A stretch of DNA of 64,000 bases from Poseidonia sp. Its GTDB lineage: Archaea > Thermoplasmatota > Poseidoniia > Poseidoniales > Poseidoniaceae. The position numbers and the translations under genes were made by a program. Below, one piece after another: positions 61,759 through 64,000 of this stretch. Position 1 is the stretch's first letter. Each line of letters starts with the position of its first letter. The notes beneath the pieces were generated by a model that did no database searches, was not told the origin of the DNA, and saw only the letters and a list, made by a program, of their open reading frames with translations. Where the stretch lies: the NCBI GenBank assembly GCA_965661285.1, contig CBFIDD010000002.1, positions 386,521 through 450,520 on the forward strand. The letters run 5' to 3'.

Positions 61759-61935
61759 TCACTCAGCCTTCTTTTTTCGGCACGACCAACACATGGCCCG
61801 ATCTGATCCATTCGGAGTACGGAGGCCATAGGACGAGCGATTACAGATTTCACAGCGACGACTGCGCTGGGTAGAGTTACAACGGTGGCATCGACTTCCC
61901 ATCAATGGCATTCTGCATCGGTCGCACGTTCGCAT
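61759..61935 (-). CDS. 58-aa four-CxxC (double Zn-ribbon-like) microprotein (not in ORF track)
   Basis: MRTCDRCRMPLMGSRCHRCNSTQRSRRCEICNRSSYGLRTPNGSDRAMCWSCRKKKAE; TTTATG 29 nt upstream. Confidence 0.75.
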   Translation of the reverse strand: MRTCDRCRMPLMGSRCHRCNSTQRSRRCEICNRSSYGLRTPNGSDRAMCWSCRKKKAE

Positions 61936-61982
61936 GCTCTAAAGCGCCTCTGAGGCCTCATAAACATTGGATGTGGAGTGGT

Positions 61983-63788
61983 TTAATTCCGCCGTTGTCT
62001 AAGGAAAAGCAAGCCCAAAACCAGCATCCACATCATGGCCACCGGCGAGAATACAGGGGCAGAGACAAGCGAAACTTCGGAAACTTGTCCGCCTTGGCCA
62101 CCGCCGCCGCCGCCCTCACAACCGGGAGGAGGTGGCCCTATTCCTGGACCCCATGTTTCTCCAAATCCAGAGCAGTCCACGCCGCTTCCTCCTTCATCGA
62201 GGAAGGTCTCGCCGTGGTAGCACAGCAGGAAGTACGGGAAGCCCATGTCGCCCTCCCCGTTCATCATGGTGGAATGGTAGTGGTAGATGCCATCAGGGAA
62301 TTCAGGGGTTGGCCCGAAATGCCCGTTGCACACATCAAGATGGCCGAGTCCTTGAACGTAGACATAATCGTCAATCCCGTTGTAGCCCGTTTCGCCCTCC
62401 TTGAGTTTGTACGAGCTTTTCATCTCAACGACATTCATCTGGTCGTCATAGCCCCAAAGTCCGTAGATGGGGTAGCCGTCCATTGCAACACCAATCACTG
62501 CTGAATGTGTTCCATTAGCGGTATTCTGTGCTACGGCAGCAGGGGTGCTGATATCGTAGTCGAACATGTCCTCACCTTCTTCAGGGTGCCAGTGAAGGCA
62601 ATTGGCGTCAGCATGGTAATGGAAGGTACCTCCTTGGCCGTTGTGAGCATGGCACACGCCGAGTTCAATCGGCTGTCGGTCTTCCTCGTAGGCGCCATGC
62701 TGACTTGCTACGGCATCACCACCAGGCCCGTCTTCGGGGCCGTAGAACGGAACACCGTTGATGGCAATCGCCACTTCGCCGAGAGCCGCGGCGCACTCGT
62801 AATCGCCATTCGCTTCCGGACAATTCGTGGCATCGTGACCTGCCGTCGTGTCGTTGACCGGCGAGCGTGGAATGGTCCATTCGTAGTTCTGCGCACGGGT
62901 GCAATCGTTGCCCTGAGAGCACGCCAATGTCGATTCAAAATCGTGGTCGGGCAAACCGTTGGCTGCAATGGTGATGTGGGTCGAGTTCATCGTGATGCTG
63001 ACCGAACACTCGTGCGTTTCCACTGCTGTGGTCGTTAAATCATCAACCTGTGTGATGTTCTGACCAGATTGACAGCGGAACACATCAAGCCAAAACTGGC
63101 CCATATCGGTAGGATCATAGGTGGGTTGAGTGGGTCCCGGCGGGTCATCGGTGCCGTTGTCCGTTTCGTTTCCAGTGCTATTTCCGGTGCTGTTTCCGTT
63201 GTTTTCATTCGTCCCGTTGTTGGTGTTGTTGCCCGTTTCGTTTCCGCTGTTGTTATCGGTCCCGTCATCGGTCCCGCTGTCATTTTCGTCGGCTTGATTG
63301 GTTTCGTTTTCGGAAGTTGTTCGGTTGATTTCGATGAACGTGGTGTTTGAGATTGTCTCCTCCAAATCGTGGGTGGCCGTGATGTTGAGGTAAATCTGTT
63401 CGGCACTGCTTTGCACAAAAAGAGACCAGGCGCCGTCCATGTTGGGTTGTGTGGAGATGGAAACATCCTCCTCTACGCTCAATGTGACATTGATTTCATC
63501 GGGATGGAGGTGGTCGACATCGCCAAGGATGGCGATGGTGGAACCGTTGTCAATCACATTGCTGACCGACAACACGGGGGCAGGATGCGTGTGAAACATG
63601 GCATGCGGGTCCAGAGGTACACAATCAAAACCGTTCGCCGCTGAGGCATTGAGCACTTTTTGTGTGCCCACCAAACACGTGCTTTCTTCGACGGTTTCTT
63701 CCTCGGTCTCGTCTTCAGGCACCATCGTCACCAGCAGGCTGGCACCGAGAATCATGACCAAGACCAGCCAAATGGCATCGCGACCCAT
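61983..63788 (-). CDS. YHYH-domain cell-surface protein
   Basis: NGLPDH, AINGVPFY, FHYH, DGYPIYG, LDVCNGH, YHYH; N-terminal TM/signal; C-terminal TM followed by RQRRN. Confidence 0.88.
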   Translation of the reverse strand: MGRDAIWLVLVMILGASLLVTMVPEDETEEETVEESTCLVGTQKVLNASAANGFDCVPLDPHAMFHTHPAPVLSVSNVIDNGSTIAILGDVDHLHPDEINVTLSVEEDVSISTQPNMDGAWSLFVQSSAEQIYLNITATHDLEETISNTTFIEINRTTSENETNQADENDSGTDDGTDNNSGNETGNNTNNGTNENNGNSTGNSTGNETDNGTDDPPGPTQPTYDPTDMGQFWLDVFRCQSGQNITQVDDLTTTAVETHECSVSITMNSTHITIAANGLPDHDFESTLACSQGNDCTRAQNYEWTIPRSPVNDTTAGHDATNCPEANGDYECAAALGEVAIAINGVPFYGPEDGPGGDAVASQHGAYEEDRQPIELGVCHAHNGQGGTFHYHADANCLHWHPEEGEDMFDYDISTPAAVAQNTANGTHSAVIGVAMDGYPIYGLWGYDDQMNVVEMKSSYKLKEGETGYNGIDDYVYVQGLGHLDVCNGHFGPTPEFPDGIYHYHSTMMNGEGDMGFPYFLLCYHGETFLDEGGSGVDCSGFGETWGPGIGPPPPGCEGGGGGGQGGQVSEVSLVSAPVFSPVAMMWMLVLGLLFLRQRRN

Positions 63789-63892
63789 GAGCGACATGAA
63801 GGCAGGGACGCTTAAGGTGGTTTTGAACGATTGACTGCGGAAGCTCAAAGCCTGAATCAAACCTTCAAAAGCCATGTCGTGTTGCTCCCACC

Positions 63893-64000
63893 ATGGAACG
63901 CATGATCGTTGGCGGAGGTTGCTTCTGGTGCGTGGAAGGCGCTTACAAACAAATCCATGGCGTTGATTCTGCGCTCCCCGCTTACGCCGGCGGTCACGAC
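63893..64000 (+). CDS. msrA: peptide methionine sulfoxide reductase A, N-terminal fragment
   Basis: MERMIVGGGCFWCVEG...YAGG; TTCAAAA 29 nt upstream. Confidence 0.9.
   Translation, partial: MERMIVGGGCFWCVEGAYKQIHGVDSALPAYAGGHD

Noticed and set aside
61777-61788. Third near-copy of the tRNA-Ala 3' end (TCGGCACGACCA)
   Set aside because: Falls on the W-S-C-R codons of the zinc-ribbon microprotein; probably coincidental
61763-61798. HIT-like peptide GHVLVVPKKE on the minus strand
   Set aside because: Short alternative frame of the microprotein with no remaining HIT motifs

Overview
Archaeal chromosome segment. The gene content (thermosome, Hef, aTrm56, archaeal r-proteins, stand-alone 16S, bacterial-type folB/folP/nei, many secreted peptidases) points by inference to a Thermoplasmatota Marine Group II (Poseidoniales) archaeon. 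Bases 1-52.7 kb are mostly core genes: carAB, an unlinked 16S rRNA gene, the full L3-to-secY ribosomal protein operon, Hef, thermosome, proteases, and an intron-containing tRNA-Trp preceded by eL41. Bases 53-62 kb are an accessory region next to tRNA-Arg and tRNA-Ala. Two observations stand out. (1) A ~4.55 kb integrase-less element (about 56221-60774) sits at the tRNA-Arg 3' end. It is bounded by a 12-bp direct repeat plus an 11-bp inverted repeat, and carries an 11-bp-period iteron-like array, an HNH nuclease gene pair, an acidic repeat protein and a membrane-anchored wHTH regulator. (2) A ferredoxin-flavodoxin-SdhB-like fusion and its HdrB/SdhE-like partner have both lost essentially all Fe-S cysteine ligands in their Sdh/Hdr-like parts. 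Other points of interest are a SAP domain shared by eL32 and an M28 peptidase, a 4-TM N-terminal extension on SecY, a structured rpl3 leader, an inverted/direct repeat structure after tRNA-Ala, and a 58-aa four-CxxC microprotein missed by the ORF track. All calls come from manual motif recognition; no database searches were run.
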